The position numbers were made by a program, and so were the translations under genes. Below the pieces are notes generated by a model, which was not told the DNA's origin, did no database searches, and worked only from the letters and a program-made list of their open reading frames with translations. From Isurus oxyrinchus (lineage: Eukaryota), in contig JANJGN010000188.1 in the NCBI GenBank assembly GCA_026770705.1, positions 558,001-622,000 on the forward strand: a stretch of DNA of 64,000 nt. The letters are read 5' to 3'. Below are positions 12,330 to 25,149 of this stretch, one piece after another. Position 1 is the first letter of the stretch; each line of letters opens with the position of its first letter.

Positions 12330-13870
12330 CAGTGCTAATACACATCAGCGGGTAAAGGCTGAGTTGTTTCAATTCCAATATTCCAGTGGGAAACTTGAAC
12401 AACGATCATAACCTATATTTTCAATTACTATCTTGCGATGCAGCTCTGAATTCAGAAATAACACCAAGAAGCCTCCGGACTTTTTAGGTATCAGAATAAA
12501 TTAAAGAAGTACTAATTTAACAACTAATATAACATGTGCACATGTCTACAAATTTTTACCATAACAACTTTTAAATAAAACCCAAATATATCACTTCCAG
12601 GTAAATTTTCACCAATGCAACAATATTCAGTAGGCATTAAAAAAACACCAGCCAAAGCAGATTTGACATTGCAATTTCAAAATGAGATTCCATTCAATTT
12701 GTTTCCTTCGCAAGCACAGGCCTAGGCTTACAGCAAAGTTAGCCCTTACATGCCTATGACACACACGACACACCCAACTCATCTCGGTTTTTCCTTAGAT
12801 TTCCCTTTGGATGTCAATTTTCAATTGCATTGGAAAGTTTTCAATGTTACTTCTCCTAACAATAAACCTTGCATTAAATCAATGGAATTAGTGCTTAAGC
12901 ACATTTCTTGGTGTCTCCTAGCTACCTGCAGGATTTTAGGTATTATTATGTCTTGTTCATTCAGAAAATGCACCTGTACTATTTGCCTTCGATCTTTATG
13001 TTTATCTAATTAAGATCACAAACTACTATACATAAAAGCATCCAGGCTGGATAATTTTAATCCAATTTAGTCAAAACAGAGGCACACGGGCACACACTTT
13101 AACGCCGATCATGGTACAATTCCAATTTTAAAATAATTTCCAATAACTTTATACACACAATATCCATACATAACATCCCCATCCCTATCGAAAAATGAAA
13201 CGTCATAATTATAAAAGGCAGCCTCATTTTTTATAACCCATCTCACTCCATGACTATACTTATTATGGTATTACGCTACATGCATGTATTAATGTAACAG
13301 TATATGCAAGTCCTTGGTGTCCACATAAATCATTCCAGTATAGTGTCCATGTTTTAAAATTTCCTATTGTCCTTTCTAAGCTTGAAACTCATGATAACGG
13401 ATCTTTGAGCAGATTTTCTCTACCGGCAAAATGTGCAATCCTAATGTAATTGGGCGTTACAATAGCCTTCACCTGAAAAGACTTGCAATTTTATTTTGAT
13501 GCTTGGCGAAAAGTACTCAACGGTTTCTAGCCTATGAAAATAATAGTTTCTGATGAATTGTTTGCAACATAACTTTCAAAACACTGCAACGTGAACACCA
13601 AACCTAATGTCTCTTTTTTTTCATCGTTGTATATCTTCTGATGGTATATTCAGCTTCTGTAAAAAAAACAATCCCTATCAGTTTTTCAGTTACAGTCTCA
13701 TCTTCCTGTAACAGTAAGGCCCCAAAGACTATACCGCTTGGGTCGATGGCTGCCTTAAATTACTCAGCATAATTGGGCACTGCCAAACCTTTTGCAGTTG
13801 TTAATGCAGTATACAGACTATCAAATGCCTTCTCTCACTCGAATGACCATAATAACTTCATGTTCAGAAG
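12330..13870 (-). mobile_element. Gypsy-type LTR retrotransposon remnant: RNase H fragment, polypurine tract and probable 3' LTR
   Basis: The minus strand of 13550-13850 reads W...KAFDSL...LTTA..LAVPNY...F...IDPS..VFGALLLQED...YTT.KKETLGLV (Gypsy RT connection/RNase H). A purine run gggatgggga directly precedes tgttatg at 13175, a candidate LTR start. Confidence 0.72.
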
Positions 13871-13871
13871 G

Positions 13872-14315
13872 GTTATGAAAGTTATGAAGAGAGGATTGAT
13901 AGAATTGTGTTGTTTTCGTTGGAGCAGAGAAGACCGGGGTCCGACCTGATCGAGGTGTACAAGATTATGAGGGGCATGGACAGGGTGTACAGGGAACAGC
14001 TGTTCCCCTTAGTTGAAGGGCCAGTCGAAAGTGGGCATAAGTTCAAGTGGAGAGCCGGGAGATTTAGGGGAGATGTGAGGAAAAACCTTTTCACCCAGAG
14101 GGTGGTGATGGTCTGGAAGGGTGATGGATGCAGGTTGCCTCACATCCTTTAAAAATACCTGGATGAGCACTTGGCATGTCATAACATTCAAGGCTATGGT
14201 CCAAGTGCTGGTAAATGGTTATATGTTTGTCGGTCAGGTGTTTCTGACGGATCGGTGCAGACTCAATGGGCTGAAGGGCCTTTTCTGCACTGTGAGATTC
14301 TGTGATTCTGAGATT
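13872..14315 (+). mobile_element. CR1 LINE 3' end
   Basis: LFSLEQRR..DLIEVYKIMRGMDRV...LFPL...GHKF...FTQRVV..W (ORF 13907-14152). Confidence 0.9.
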
Positions 14316-14699
14316 ATATGAAAAAATCTAATTGCTGGGACTTATGGTTGTTAGATTTTTGTAATTAGTTGAATGCATTTTAATTGGAAATAGTGATTAT
14401 TGACCTGAATGATTTGTTATTTAGGCTCAAGATGAAAAGAAATATGCATTTTCATTATTCAACTGAACAACAGTTATATGTTAACTCTGTTTACTTTATT
14501 AAGCAATACGTTCATATTCGTTGTGTCTATTGACAAATCAGTCATAATATGAGTAACTTTCATTGGATTGAAGAATGTTTTAATATTTCCTGGGCTTAAC
14601 GAACCAGACACTAATTAGCAGTTACTGATATTTTTGGACTCTGATAATTTGATTATGATTAGCCACTTATTTGCTGAGACAATTGCCCTAAGCGAGAAG

Positions 14700-15210
14700 A
14701 AGTTGAGTATTGCTGCTAAAAAAAATGTCCCAACTATTCATCTTGCACTCATCAGGACACTTGCAAGAATGCAACGTGAACGCAATAATTTTGATTCTAT
14801 GCGAAGAGATTGTTGATTGGTTTGCAAATAGTGTCATGGCGAATGTATCACTGATGGTAACTGACAGTTAATTGCCAGGCATTGTCTGAAATTTTGATAA
14901 GGCTGTTTGACCCTGATTAGCCAAGGCATTCCTCTCACCACAGGGTAAGCGAATGGCCGTGAATAATTTTACTTTGCTGAAACAGGCAGCGCATTTTCAT
15001 GTTCTGACGGTCAGAAAAGAAAGCATTCTGTCTATTCATATACATAGCTTCCAATGCACGCCCTGCGCCACATCCCGAGCCTAATTGGCAATCTCAATTT
15101 GTTTTTTCAGGGTAACCGTTGGCACATTTCGGGTTATTTGCAAAATGTTGTTGAATTGCAGAACCACATCTGATGTTTGACACTTTGTCTTGAGCAACAC
15201 AAGACAGGCT
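14700..15210 (-). mobile_element. Penelope-like element, GIY-YIG C-terminus and terminal repeat (second family)
   Basis: The minus strand retains a degenerate SAIQQHFANNPKCA...LEAMYM...C motif and a terminal ctgatgagtgcaaga. A related terminus lies in the opposite orientation at ~15610-15670. Confidence 0.6.
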
Positions 15211-15699
15211 GATCAGGGATGATCTGATGTGATTCGGCATTCTTTGGGACCTACTGCCTACATAGCTAGCATTGCACAGTCACTGAAATTGAGGCACCAC
15301 CTTGCTCGTTTGTGTGATCGTTGGAATGTATTTTTTGGCTTGTTAGCAGCTTCCTGTTATTTGTAGAAACGAATAACATAGACATGCACTGCGTCTGTTT
15401 GAAATAAAGAAAGCAAACGACATTCTGTGACTCATTGTTCAGGGGCAAGGCTTTGAGCATTCAGAGTTATGCTGCCTTGGTTAAACTTCAGACAAATTTT
15501 GGCCGTTAACCATCAGTCACCATCAGTGGTGCATTCGCCCTGCAGAGAAAATTGACAACCAAAAAGCACTCTCTTTTCATACAGTATTAATTGTAGTTTC
15601 CCCCATTTATTCGTATTCTTGTGTGTGTCCAGATCAATGCCAGACGAAAGGCTTGTCCCTTTTCTGAGCTACAATTGCATCCATCATTGAAAAAAAAGC

Positions 15700-17050
15700 T
15701 TGGAGTCTATTACAAATGACATAATAGCAGAGCTTCCATAAATGCATAATATAATTAACCTGAATCAGCATGAATTCATGAATTGGAAATCACACCTGCC
15801 AAATTTATTCCTGTTCATTGAGACAGTAAAAAGCAGGGTAGACAATGGGTGGCAATATATTTGGATTTGCACAAGGCATTTGATAGGGTGCTGCACCTAC
15901 GGCTACTGAATAGTATAAGACTTTTGAAAGAGCAGGCAAGGAGGAAAGGCCGGTGCTAATACCCACATGGTGTCGGGGGGATTATCTTAGCGTGCATAAA
16001 GGGTTGGCTAAATAATTGAACACAGAAAGTTGGTGTAAGGGGGCAATTTCAGGATGGCAACCTGTAACTTGTGGAGTGCCAGAGGGATCAGTGCTGGAGA
16101 CGCTGTAATTTACATTATGCATTAATGATTTAGATGAAGAAAGTGAAGGCACTATCGCCAATTCGTTAATGACACACAAATAGTTTGGAAGACAAGTGAT
16201 GAGGTGACACAAAGGGTTAAAGACAGTTTAGTGTTTAAGAAAAAAAAATGGCAAATGGAATATAAGGTGCGAACATGTGAGGTTATGCACCTTGGCAGGA
16301 AGAAAAAATGTCTGAATATTAATAAAATGGAGAAAGACTGCAGAGCTGCAAAACAGAAGGATTCGGGGATCCTCATTCATGCATCACAAAAAAAGTTAGC
16401 ATACAAGTTAAACAGGTAATAAGGGAGGCAAATGGGATTTTGGCCTTTATTTCAAATTGTATGTGGTATAAAAATATGGAAGTCTTGCTGAAACTATAAA
16501 AAGGCACTAGTTAGATCACACCTAAAACTCTGTGAAAATCTTTGCTTCCCTTATCTAAGAAAGATCTACTGACAGTGGAGGCAGTCCAGAGAGATTTCAC
16601 CAGTTTGACTCAGGTTAGGCTGGAATTTTCTTATGAGTTTCTGTAGGTTAGATCTGTACTCATTGGACTTTCGAAAAATCAGAGGTGGCCTTTTTCAAAC
16701 ATATAAGATTATTTGGTTGCTTGGCATGGTGGATGCTGAGAGTTTGATTCACGTTTTGGGAGAGTCTAGGACCAGAGGACATAATCTTAGATTGCTGGGT
16801 CGCCCACATAGCAGATAGATTAGGAGGATTTTTTACCCTCTCACAGGGTAGTTAATCTGTGCAATTATTTACCACAGAGGGCTGGGTATTCAAGGCTGAG
16901 ATAGACAGATTTTAACCAGTAATGAATATAACGGTTATGCAGAGAAAGGCAGGGAAGTGGCTTTGAGGATTATCACGTAGGCCATGATCTCATTGTCTGA
17001 AAAGCAGACTTGATGGGCCGAATGTCCGACTTCTGCTCCTATGCCTTATG
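15700..17050 (+). mobile_element. CR1 LINE RT and 3' end, decayed
   Basis: YLDLHKAFDRV, GVPEGSVL, WQMEY...CEVMHLG and RTRGHNL motifs. Confidence 0.87.
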
Positions 17051-17769
17051 ACATCTTTATTATTATTGCAATGGCAAATCTTTAGGTGTTTTCTCCGCTT
17101 ATTGGACAAAGCAAGAACTATATGTTCGCTGTTGTTATTCCACTTTTAATAATCAAATATTTAAAATTACTGTCACAGCATACAGTAATGATGTGCACAC
17201 TTCTAGAATTGCCCTAATGAATACATAGCCATGTACGGCAATCATTGATAGTTTTAAAAATGCATATGTACTAATACAATTGGCAGCTCGAATTGTGCAA
17301 AAGGTGTCTGCCGAGCAATATTTTTTACGCGTTTGTGCACCTGAACAACGTGAGATAATTACACTAATTATTGGGCTGCCCAGTAAGTTAATTTAGATTG
17401 TAACATTTTATGTTGATTTGATTTTCACGCTCAACATGGGTCAATAACCTATTAATCTTTAATGTGAAAAAGGAAATGAACTGATGATCAGTCAATTACT
17501 CTGATTATTCAATAAACAATTATTAATTAATGCAACTAACAGTGATTCGAAATTTACAGTAAATATTTGAATTGAGATTAATTGGAAATAATTATTGGAC
17601 TGAAAAATGATTTTATAGTTAACCTCAACACAAGGATAACGTTGAAAAATGCTCTGTGATTAATCACTTGATGATATCTTGAAATGTATCTTGAGAATTG
17701 CATTGAAACAATAATTTGATGTTGCAATGCATATCGGACGGAAATTAATTTGAGGATTCCAGTGTTTTG

Positions 17770-18265
17770 TCATAGACAAAAGCTCAAAGAGCTGTTGAAA
17801 GTGGTGATATTATCTAAGGAATGTGCTAATTAAGGGTAGAAAGCAGGACGAGCAAGGTACAGATAGCCCTAGTTGGGGTGGGGTGGGGTGAAGGGAAGGG
17901 ATCTAAATAGGCTAAAAGGTAGATATAAAACAATGGATGGAAATACATTTAAAAATAATGGAAATAAGTTGGAAAAGAAAAACCTACATAAATTATTGGG
18001 GAAAAAGGGGTATACCGGAAAGAGGGAGGGGATGGAGGACAGAGTTCATGATCTAAAATTGTTGAACTAAACATTCAGTCTGGAGGGCTCTAAAGTGTCT
18101 AGTCGGAAGATGAGGTGTTGTTCTTCCAGTTTGTGTTGAGCTTCACTGGAACAATGCAGCAGGCCATGGATGTACATGTCGGCATGAGAGCAAGGTGGAG
18201 TGTTGAAATGGCAAGCGACAGGGAGGTCTGGGTTATGCTTGCGGGCAGACTGAAGGTGTTCTGCT
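17770..18265 (-). mobile_element. Penelope-like element, GIY-YIG endonuclease C-terminus and 3' region
   Basis: The minus strand of 18050-18240 reads PDLPVACHFNTPPCSHADM...GLLHCSSEAQHKLEEQHLIFRLDTLEPSRLNV*FNNF. Confidence 0.85.
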
Positions 18266-18429
18266 ATTAAACTGTGTCTAGACAGACTCAGGTGTCGATA
18301 GTCGTTTCTGCTCCCTGTGGCTCATCCCGCTTTGGCGGACATCGTGTTATATCGGGGGGAATTTTGATCATCATTCTGTCTCGCACACTGGGTATTTGTC
18401 TGGGATCAATCACTGCTGCTGCTTGAGTT

Positions 18430-19450
18430 TGCTCAACTATGTTCTGCTGTTTCTTCACTTCTTGTCTAAGTGATTTTAACAGTTGACATAGTTCCTTCAG
18501 GTACCTCCTGACCCTGCCTATGGCAGGTCCTGTATCGTCACAAATCGTCAGTCTTCACCCTGGGGGCCGCATTATTCTCCCCACCATGAGCATGCTTTGG
18601 GTAACATTTGGGTCCTGTTTGGCGTTGCTCTGTGTTGCATGAATAGGGCGGGTTGCACGTCCGTCCATCTATTTTTTTCAACTTTCAGCTATTATACTTA
18701 CAGCTGTTTTAAATGTCCTCTCCATTCTTTGCACCATTCCTGAACTTTGAGGTTAGTGGGGGAAGTGAAACTTCTCTTTGAATGCCGAGGGTCGACACCT
18801 TCCTTAATGCTTGATCAGTAATATGCGTTCCCTGGTCACTTTTTATGTGAAGGAGTGCTCTCCAGTGCGGCCCAGTACCAGCCAACTCCTGTTTCGCTGT
18901 ATTAACTCGTTGGCCACATTCCTCCTTAGGTGCTGTTCCAGTGTACTGCTCGAAGAGCCCTTGGCACAGAAACACTGGCACTTCTGCCCATTCTCTTGTC
19001 CTCTATATTCCATTATTATTGCTTCAGTCAGGATCATTTTAACGGCATTGACAGTACAACTAGTTGTCCTGATGCCTCCAGCTACCGACTAAGTTGCTCA
19101 ATGACCAAATGACCCTTTGTCTTTCCCCGAATATTTACTGAGAAACCCGTGAAATATATGTGGATATTTCGCCATGGCCCTTTTGGGCACTCTTGATACC
19201 GCATCTGCTGATCTTCCCCGGGTTTATGCTATGCACATATTCAGTATTTGTGACAATAATTTGCCGATATGCTGGCTCAGCTCCTGCCACCACCAATCTC
19301 TCTGTAATGACTCAGTGGTCACATGACTTCCCAGGTGCTTTTCCATGTTAAAATTCTACGAGCCCTTGGCACATACACTCGGGCACCACTGCTCTTCCGT
19401 CTTCCTGCATATCAATTCTGGTTCCCTGATATCTCCATTATCTCCCTATA
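18430..19450 (-). mobile_element. Retroviral-type integrase remnant (ERV-like or LTR element)
   Basis: In order on the minus strand: HQG...WWWQEL...C..IC..HKPGK (zinc-binding part), IKSDQGTH.T....LGI (core) and RATPN...GR.MR.P (C-terminal part). Frameshifted. Confidence 0.72.
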
Positions 19451-21670
19451 TTTTCCGTTCCTTGTATAGTCATAGAGAAATCAAGGGCAAGAATCAAACA
19501 TGACCTCCGTGAAAAATATTGGGAACGAGACAAGTAATGTTAAAAAGACAAGCCTTAATCCTTTGTGCCTCAGCGCGAAGAGCATTTGCAATAGACTGGG
19601 TGAATTATCTGCGGAAATAGATGTAAAAAGTTATGATACAGTCGGGAATACGGAAACATGGCTGCAAGGTGACCAAGGATGGGAACTGGACATGCAGGGG
19701 TATTCGGTATTTAGGAATGTCAGACAAAAAGGAATAGGTGGTGGTGTTGCACTGCTGGTTAAAGAGGAAATTAATGCAAGAGTGAGGAATGATATAAACT
19801 CCAGTGATTTGGAATCTGCAGGGCTATAGCGGAGAAATTCTAAGGGGAAATAAACATTAGTGGTGTTGTATATAGACCACCACACTGTAGTGATGACGTT
19901 GGGAATGGCATTAAACATGATATTAGAGAAACATTTAATAAAGAGACATGTGTAAATATGGGTGACTTTAATATGCACTTAGATTTGGCAAATCAAATTT
20001 GTAACAATACCATAGAGGAGGAGGTCCTTTAGTGTATATGCAATGTTTTTATTTCTGAACCAAATCATTTTGAAACCAAGAAGAGAACGGGCCATCATCG
20101 AATGGATATTGTTTAATGAGAAATGATTAATTGGAAATCTAGTTGTGCGAGGACCCTTTGGATGAGCGACCATAAAAAATATAGATTTCTTCAGAAAAAT
20201 GAGAGCGACGTAGTTGATTCTGAGACTTGGGTCGTGAAACTTACAAAAGTAAACTACGATTGTGAAAGGCACGATTTGGTTCTGTTGGATTGGGAAACGT
20301 TACTTAAAGGGATGACAGTGGATAAGCAATGGTAAACATTCAAAGACCCCATGAGTGAACTGCAACAATTGTTTATTCCTGTCGTGCACAAAAATAAAAC
20401 AGGAAAGTTGGCCAAACCATGGCTTACAAGGGAAATTAGCGATAATCTTAGATGCAACGAAGAGGCATACAAATTCGCCAGTAAATAACAAAAGGCCTGA
20501 GGTTTGGGAGCAGGTTAGATTTCGGCAAAGGAAGACCAAGTGTTTGTTTAAGAAGGGGAAATAGAATACGAGAGTGAGCTCGAAATGAACATAAATATTG
20601 ATTGTAAAAGTTTCTATAGGTATGTGAACAGAAAAAAAAAAATTGTCGAAGACAAATATAGGTCCCTTACAGTGGAAAGAGGGGAATTTATAATGGGGGA
20701 TAAATAATGGCTGGACAACTAAATACATACTTTTGTTCTGATTTCATCAAAGGAAAACATAAATAACATACCGTAAACGTTGGGGAACACAGGGTTTAGT
20801 GGGTTGGAGGAAATGAAAGAAATCTGTATGAGTAGGGAAATTATGTTGGGGAAATTGATGGCATTGAAGTCCGATAAATAGCCGGGGACTGATAATCTAC
20901 AAACCAGAGTACTTAGGGAAGTAGTCCTAGAAATAGTGGATGCATTGCTGGTCATCTTCCGAGATTCTATGGACTCTGGAACAGTTCCTACAATTTGGAG
21001 GGTAGACAATGTAACCCCACATTTTTAAAAGGGAGGCAGAGAAAAAACAGTGAACTATATACCAGGCAGCTTGACGTCAGGATTGGGGTAAATTCTAGAG
21101 TGCATAATAAAAAAAATAATAATCGCTGAGTACGTGGAAAACATTGGCAGAATCGGAAAGAGTCTGCATGGATCTTTGAGAGGGAAATCATGCTTGTCAA
21201 ATCTATCAAAATTTTTCGAAGATGTAACTGGTAGACTTGATGATGGTGAGCCAGTGGATGTGGTTTATTTGGACTTTCAGAAGGCTTTCGACAAAGTCCC
21301 ACATAAGAGCTTTGCTTGTAAAATTAAAGTGCATAGGTTGGGAGAGAGTGTATTGAGATGGGTAGAAAAGTGGTTGGCAGACAGAAAACAAAGAGTACGA
21401 ATATACCAGTATTCTTTCGAATGGCAGCCAGTTATTCACAATATATATTAATGATTTAGATGAGGGAATTTAGCGTAATATTTCCAAGTTTGCAAATGAC
21501 TCAAAGCTGGGTGGGAGGGTGAGCTGTGAGGAGGATGCAGAGGTACTTCAGTGTGATTTGGACAAGCTGGGCGAGTGGTCAAATTCATGGCAGAGGCAGT
21601 ATAACGTGGCTAACTGTGAGGTTATCCGTTTCGGTATCAAAGCAGGAAGGCAGATGATTATCTGAATGGC
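19450..21670 (+). mobile_element. CR1 LINE ORF2 (APE endonuclease and N-terminal RT), decayed
   Basis: TETWLQ...GY...R...GGGVALLVKE, YRPP, MGDFN, KPWL, GKSCLSNL..FFE.VT..LD.G.PVDVVYLDFQKAFDKVPH. Confidence 0.92.
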
Positions 21671-22260
21671 CTCTGTTTGAGGAAGATGTGGAATGCCCTC
21701 AGGCAATCCCGGTGGCGGATGGAGGTGTAGAGGGATTGGACCTCCATGGTGAAGAGGAGGCGATTAGAGCCAGGGAACTGGAAATTGTTGACATGATGTA
21801 GGGCGTCAGAGTAATCGCAGATGCAGGTGGGAAGAGACTGGACAAGAGGGGAGAGAATGGAGTCAAGATAGCTAGAAATGAGTTCCATGGGACAGGAACA
21901 GGCTGACACGAACAATATGCCGGGACAGTCCAGTTTGTGGATTTTGGTAGGAGGTAGAAGCGGGCTGTACGAGTTTGGGAGTCTCCGAGCTTGGAATCTG
22001 TGGAGGGAAGGTCTCCAGAGGAGATGAGGGCAGTGACAGTCCTGGAAACAATGGCTTGATGTTCAGTGGTGGGTTCATGGTCCAGGTGGAGTTGGGAGGA
22101 AGTGCCTGCGAGTTGACACTCAGCCTCGGCGACGTAGAGGTCAGTGCGTCAGACAACAGCAACACCACTGTTGTCAGCAGGCTTGACGACAATGTCAGAG
22201 TGGGACCAGAGAGGACTGAATATGGCAAGTTCAGAATGAGACAGGTTAGAGCGCCTGAGA
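21670..22260 (-). mobile_element. Penelope-like RT fragment
   Basis: VSACSCPMELISSYLDSILSPLVQSLPTCI.D..DAL...F.F.....LFTMEVQSLYTSI (ORF 21658-21915). Confidence 0.88.
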
Positions 22261-22285
22261 GGAGCAGAGCAATTGCAGCAAGTTA

Positions 22286-22878
22286 ACGGCAATTGTGTTT
22301 ATAGGAACTTCGAGCATTGTCAGCTATGTGGAGCCCATTCCCTGGTAATTCGACTTTGTTGTTTTAATAATTATCCATAATGTACCACAGTTTTGCATTG
22401 AAGGACAAGAGTAATACCTTATCATTTTAAATGGCGTGTGAGATGATTGTGAGCACACGAACACCGTTGCTTCCGTTTATCCTGATTTTGGTGTTCAACT
22501 CTCTTACTGCCAGGAATATTATAATTGTTTATCGGCCAGCGCAAAAGGGGGGATCATAGTAACCCAGAAATGAAGAACTGAAGGCAACCCTTCAGTTTAC
22601 TCTTGCTTTGTCTGTCAATTTTATAATGTTATGCTTTATATACGTGTAACATTCGTTACGTTGGCAATCCTGCAAACTACAATTTTCCGCACAAAATATT
22701 TAGCAATCCAGTATTGTTTATGTGACAACGTAGATTCATGCTATGACTTCTGAGTTCGTGCAACAACACTTCCATTTACGCAGTATTCCAGAGTAAATTT
22801 AGAGAGGAGTTAAAGAACGGGTTTAAATACCCCTTTATTCTAATTAATAAATTATTTGAACGGCAATGTAAAAATTAA
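22286..22878 (+). pseudogene. GPR139-like GPCR pseudogene fragment (TM4 to C-terminus), paralogue of 4294-5195
   Basis: Manual translation gives TAIVFIGT..., NVPQFC, TPLLPFILILVFNSLTARNII, NPEMKN*RQ and FML*LLSSCNNTSIYAVFQSKFREELKNGFKYPF, colinear with the intact gene. It has stops and frameshifts, and retroelements lie in place of its 5' half. Confidence 0.88.
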
Positions 22879-22980
22879 CCTCAACAAGAGAATTTTTTGT
22901 GCATTACAACTCAGTCCCCTTTCAAATGTCATTCTATGCTGTCACGTAGAAATCATTACTATCCGGCATATACTATAAAA

Positions 22981-23992
22981 TGTGACGATTGTGAGGAACC
23001 CTTTTTTGTAAAATTGGAAAAACGTTGAATTTTAGGCCGTGATCCTCCTTAGTTGTTCTTTTTTCAAAAACTCTGCCAGTTTAACTCCGACCAGTGATTT
23101 TCTTTTTTGAAGAAACCACACATCAAAAAACAGCTGGATGTCCAGAAGGGACACGTGGTGAAGGAAGCGCCCTTGTGCTGAGCAGAGTTAAAGAAGAACG
23201 ACGAGTGCCAGCATACGGACACTTGCTGAGTTATTGGAAAGACCTGGCCTGGAAGAATTATGACCAATTTATTATTTTTGATCTCAGAGTCATTCTGTGT
23301 GCTGTGCCTTGAGAGCAGGCTGCAAAAGAAGTCTGTCTCCCTCCATCTCCCCCCTCCCCCAACCCACAACCCCCTCCCCCCAACCCCAACTCTCTAGGCA
23401 GAATTATCTGCAGTGCTGAGTGAGTTAACCTTCAACCTGAAAATTCTCATCAGAATAACTCATCTATCTATCTTGTAAATGTCTACAATGTTGTGACAGG
23501 CGAGAGTTAACAAATACCGTGTTTCACCAAAGATTCGTCTGAAAGGTTTTCCACATTTATTGGGACCCAAATTCTGTTAGATCAACAGTGTCGAGAACTT
23601 TGCGAACTTTATGCTTTAAAAGAAACCTCTCCCATACGCGAGCCCCTGCAGAGATCGTGTTTGTTTTGTGTTTGTGCGTGGGGGCACGGGTGTTGGGATA
23701 TCTGTTTTTTTTTAAAGGGGGCGGGGGGAAACCATTAAACATCCAAAGTACAAAATGTTTCTTAACCACTTTTGTAAATTGTTCTCAAAAAAATGTTCAT
23801 TTTCCAATTAAGCAATTATTTTGTGTTTGTTGAATGAAGCCTGGTTAAAGATTTTTTATGCTTGGGCATAGCAGTATCAAAAGCAAAATGGTGATTATTT
23901 GGTGAGTTAATAAACATTCAAAGTATTCTAGCGGCCTGTGAAGAAGTGGTGCGAGAATTGACTGCACATACTTACCATCACGGTCCGTAACA
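22981..23992 (+). mobile_element. Probable LTR (solo or detached)
   Basis: ~1 kb bounded by tgtgacg...cgtaaca (imperfect TG..CA inverted ends), with an internal aataaa. No target-site duplication is evident. Confidence 0.45.
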
Positions 23993-24299
23993 ACATGGTA
24001 ACTTTTCCATTATCATCCCGTACAACGCTGTCGGTTTGCAAAACATTAAGATAACATCTATCTGAAATGTCTTTCCTCCATTCTCCAGCTCAGTAAGACT
24101 GCACTCGCAGGCTTCCTTCTTACAAATGAATTTATTGACAAAGCATGTAGACGAGTACCTGTGATGGATGTTATACTGCTTAAGAGGGATAGAGCAGGTA
24201 GAGCAAGATAAAAGGTCAGGAATAGATGACAGCTAAGCAGAGGTTGATTTTAGAAAGGTATCGGGGAAGGCATTGGCTTATCAGCAACCCAGGTTATGT

Positions 24300-24780
24300 G
24301 CCACTTACGAACAACTGAACAATGAAGTACATGTTGTGCAGCTTTTTTAAAAAATCTCTCGAAGCAACAAATATGTTTTGGCCGAGCCAGCAACTAACGG
24401 CATTTGAAGGAATTTGCTTACGAAAAGGCTTTGCTGAAAGAGGCAGCATTTGTGTGAAGTTATTGGGAAGCGAGTTATTAATTCGTGTAGAGGGCTGTTG
24501 ACAGTTTGAATGCAATCAATTTAAGAAAAGACAGTATGAATGGTTGTACTGCCAATTGCAAATTGTCTCGATTGAGTTTGCCTGCAACATTGAAGCGAAT
24601 GACAGGCATCGGTACAGTTCACAGCGATGCCATTGCTCGTATGTAAGTGTTCCGCTGTAAAGTTGCTAACGTTTAATCGCATGTTACCGACATGTTAGTG
24701 GCACAGAGGTATTAGCATGATATACTTGTCACATCAGAAGGCAGATATTTTCAAGATGGAAGAAAAACTGCACTGCTACA
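24300..24780 (-). repeat. Copy of the tRNA-Ile flanking spacer repeat
   Basis: 24330-24500 is the reverse complement of 58935-59105 and parallels 27250-27600. Confidence 0.8.
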
Positions 24781-25006
24781 GCCGCAAGTGCCGCTATCCA
24801 GATTTGATTTGCTGTATGAGGGCAAAATATATGTGTTGTGATGCAACATCAAAAGCTTGCTTCCAGATAGCATTCTGTAATACTAGTATGGAACCCACGA
24901 TTTTGATGCTATTAATAACAAACTCTAAGCTCCTGAGCTAAACAGCGATTGCTTCCAAGCTTCCCGAGTGTCATCAATTGCTTTTCAAATTCAGATCAGC
25001 AGCAGA

Positions 25007-25017
25007 GGGCGGGGGGT

Positions 25018-25050
<33 letters not shown>

Positions 25051-25066
25051 GGGGGGGGGGTGGAGG
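25007..25066 (+). repeat. Poly-G tract
   Basis: Near-pure G run of ~55 nt. Confidence 0.9.
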
Positions 25067-25149
25067 ATGCAGCATTTTGCCTTGCTGAGTGGCCGTGCAC
25101 TAACTGGCATGTTGGAAATATCGCGTTTGGTAGTTAATATCGTTACGTG

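Noticed and set aside
14330-17700. Short AT-rich similarities between ~14.35-14.45 kb and ~17.57-17.63 kb
   Set aside because: Too short and low in complexity to call a duplication by eye.
23094-23312. 72-aa ORF of plausible composition
   Set aside because: It lies inside a probable LTR and has no recognisable motif or splice context.
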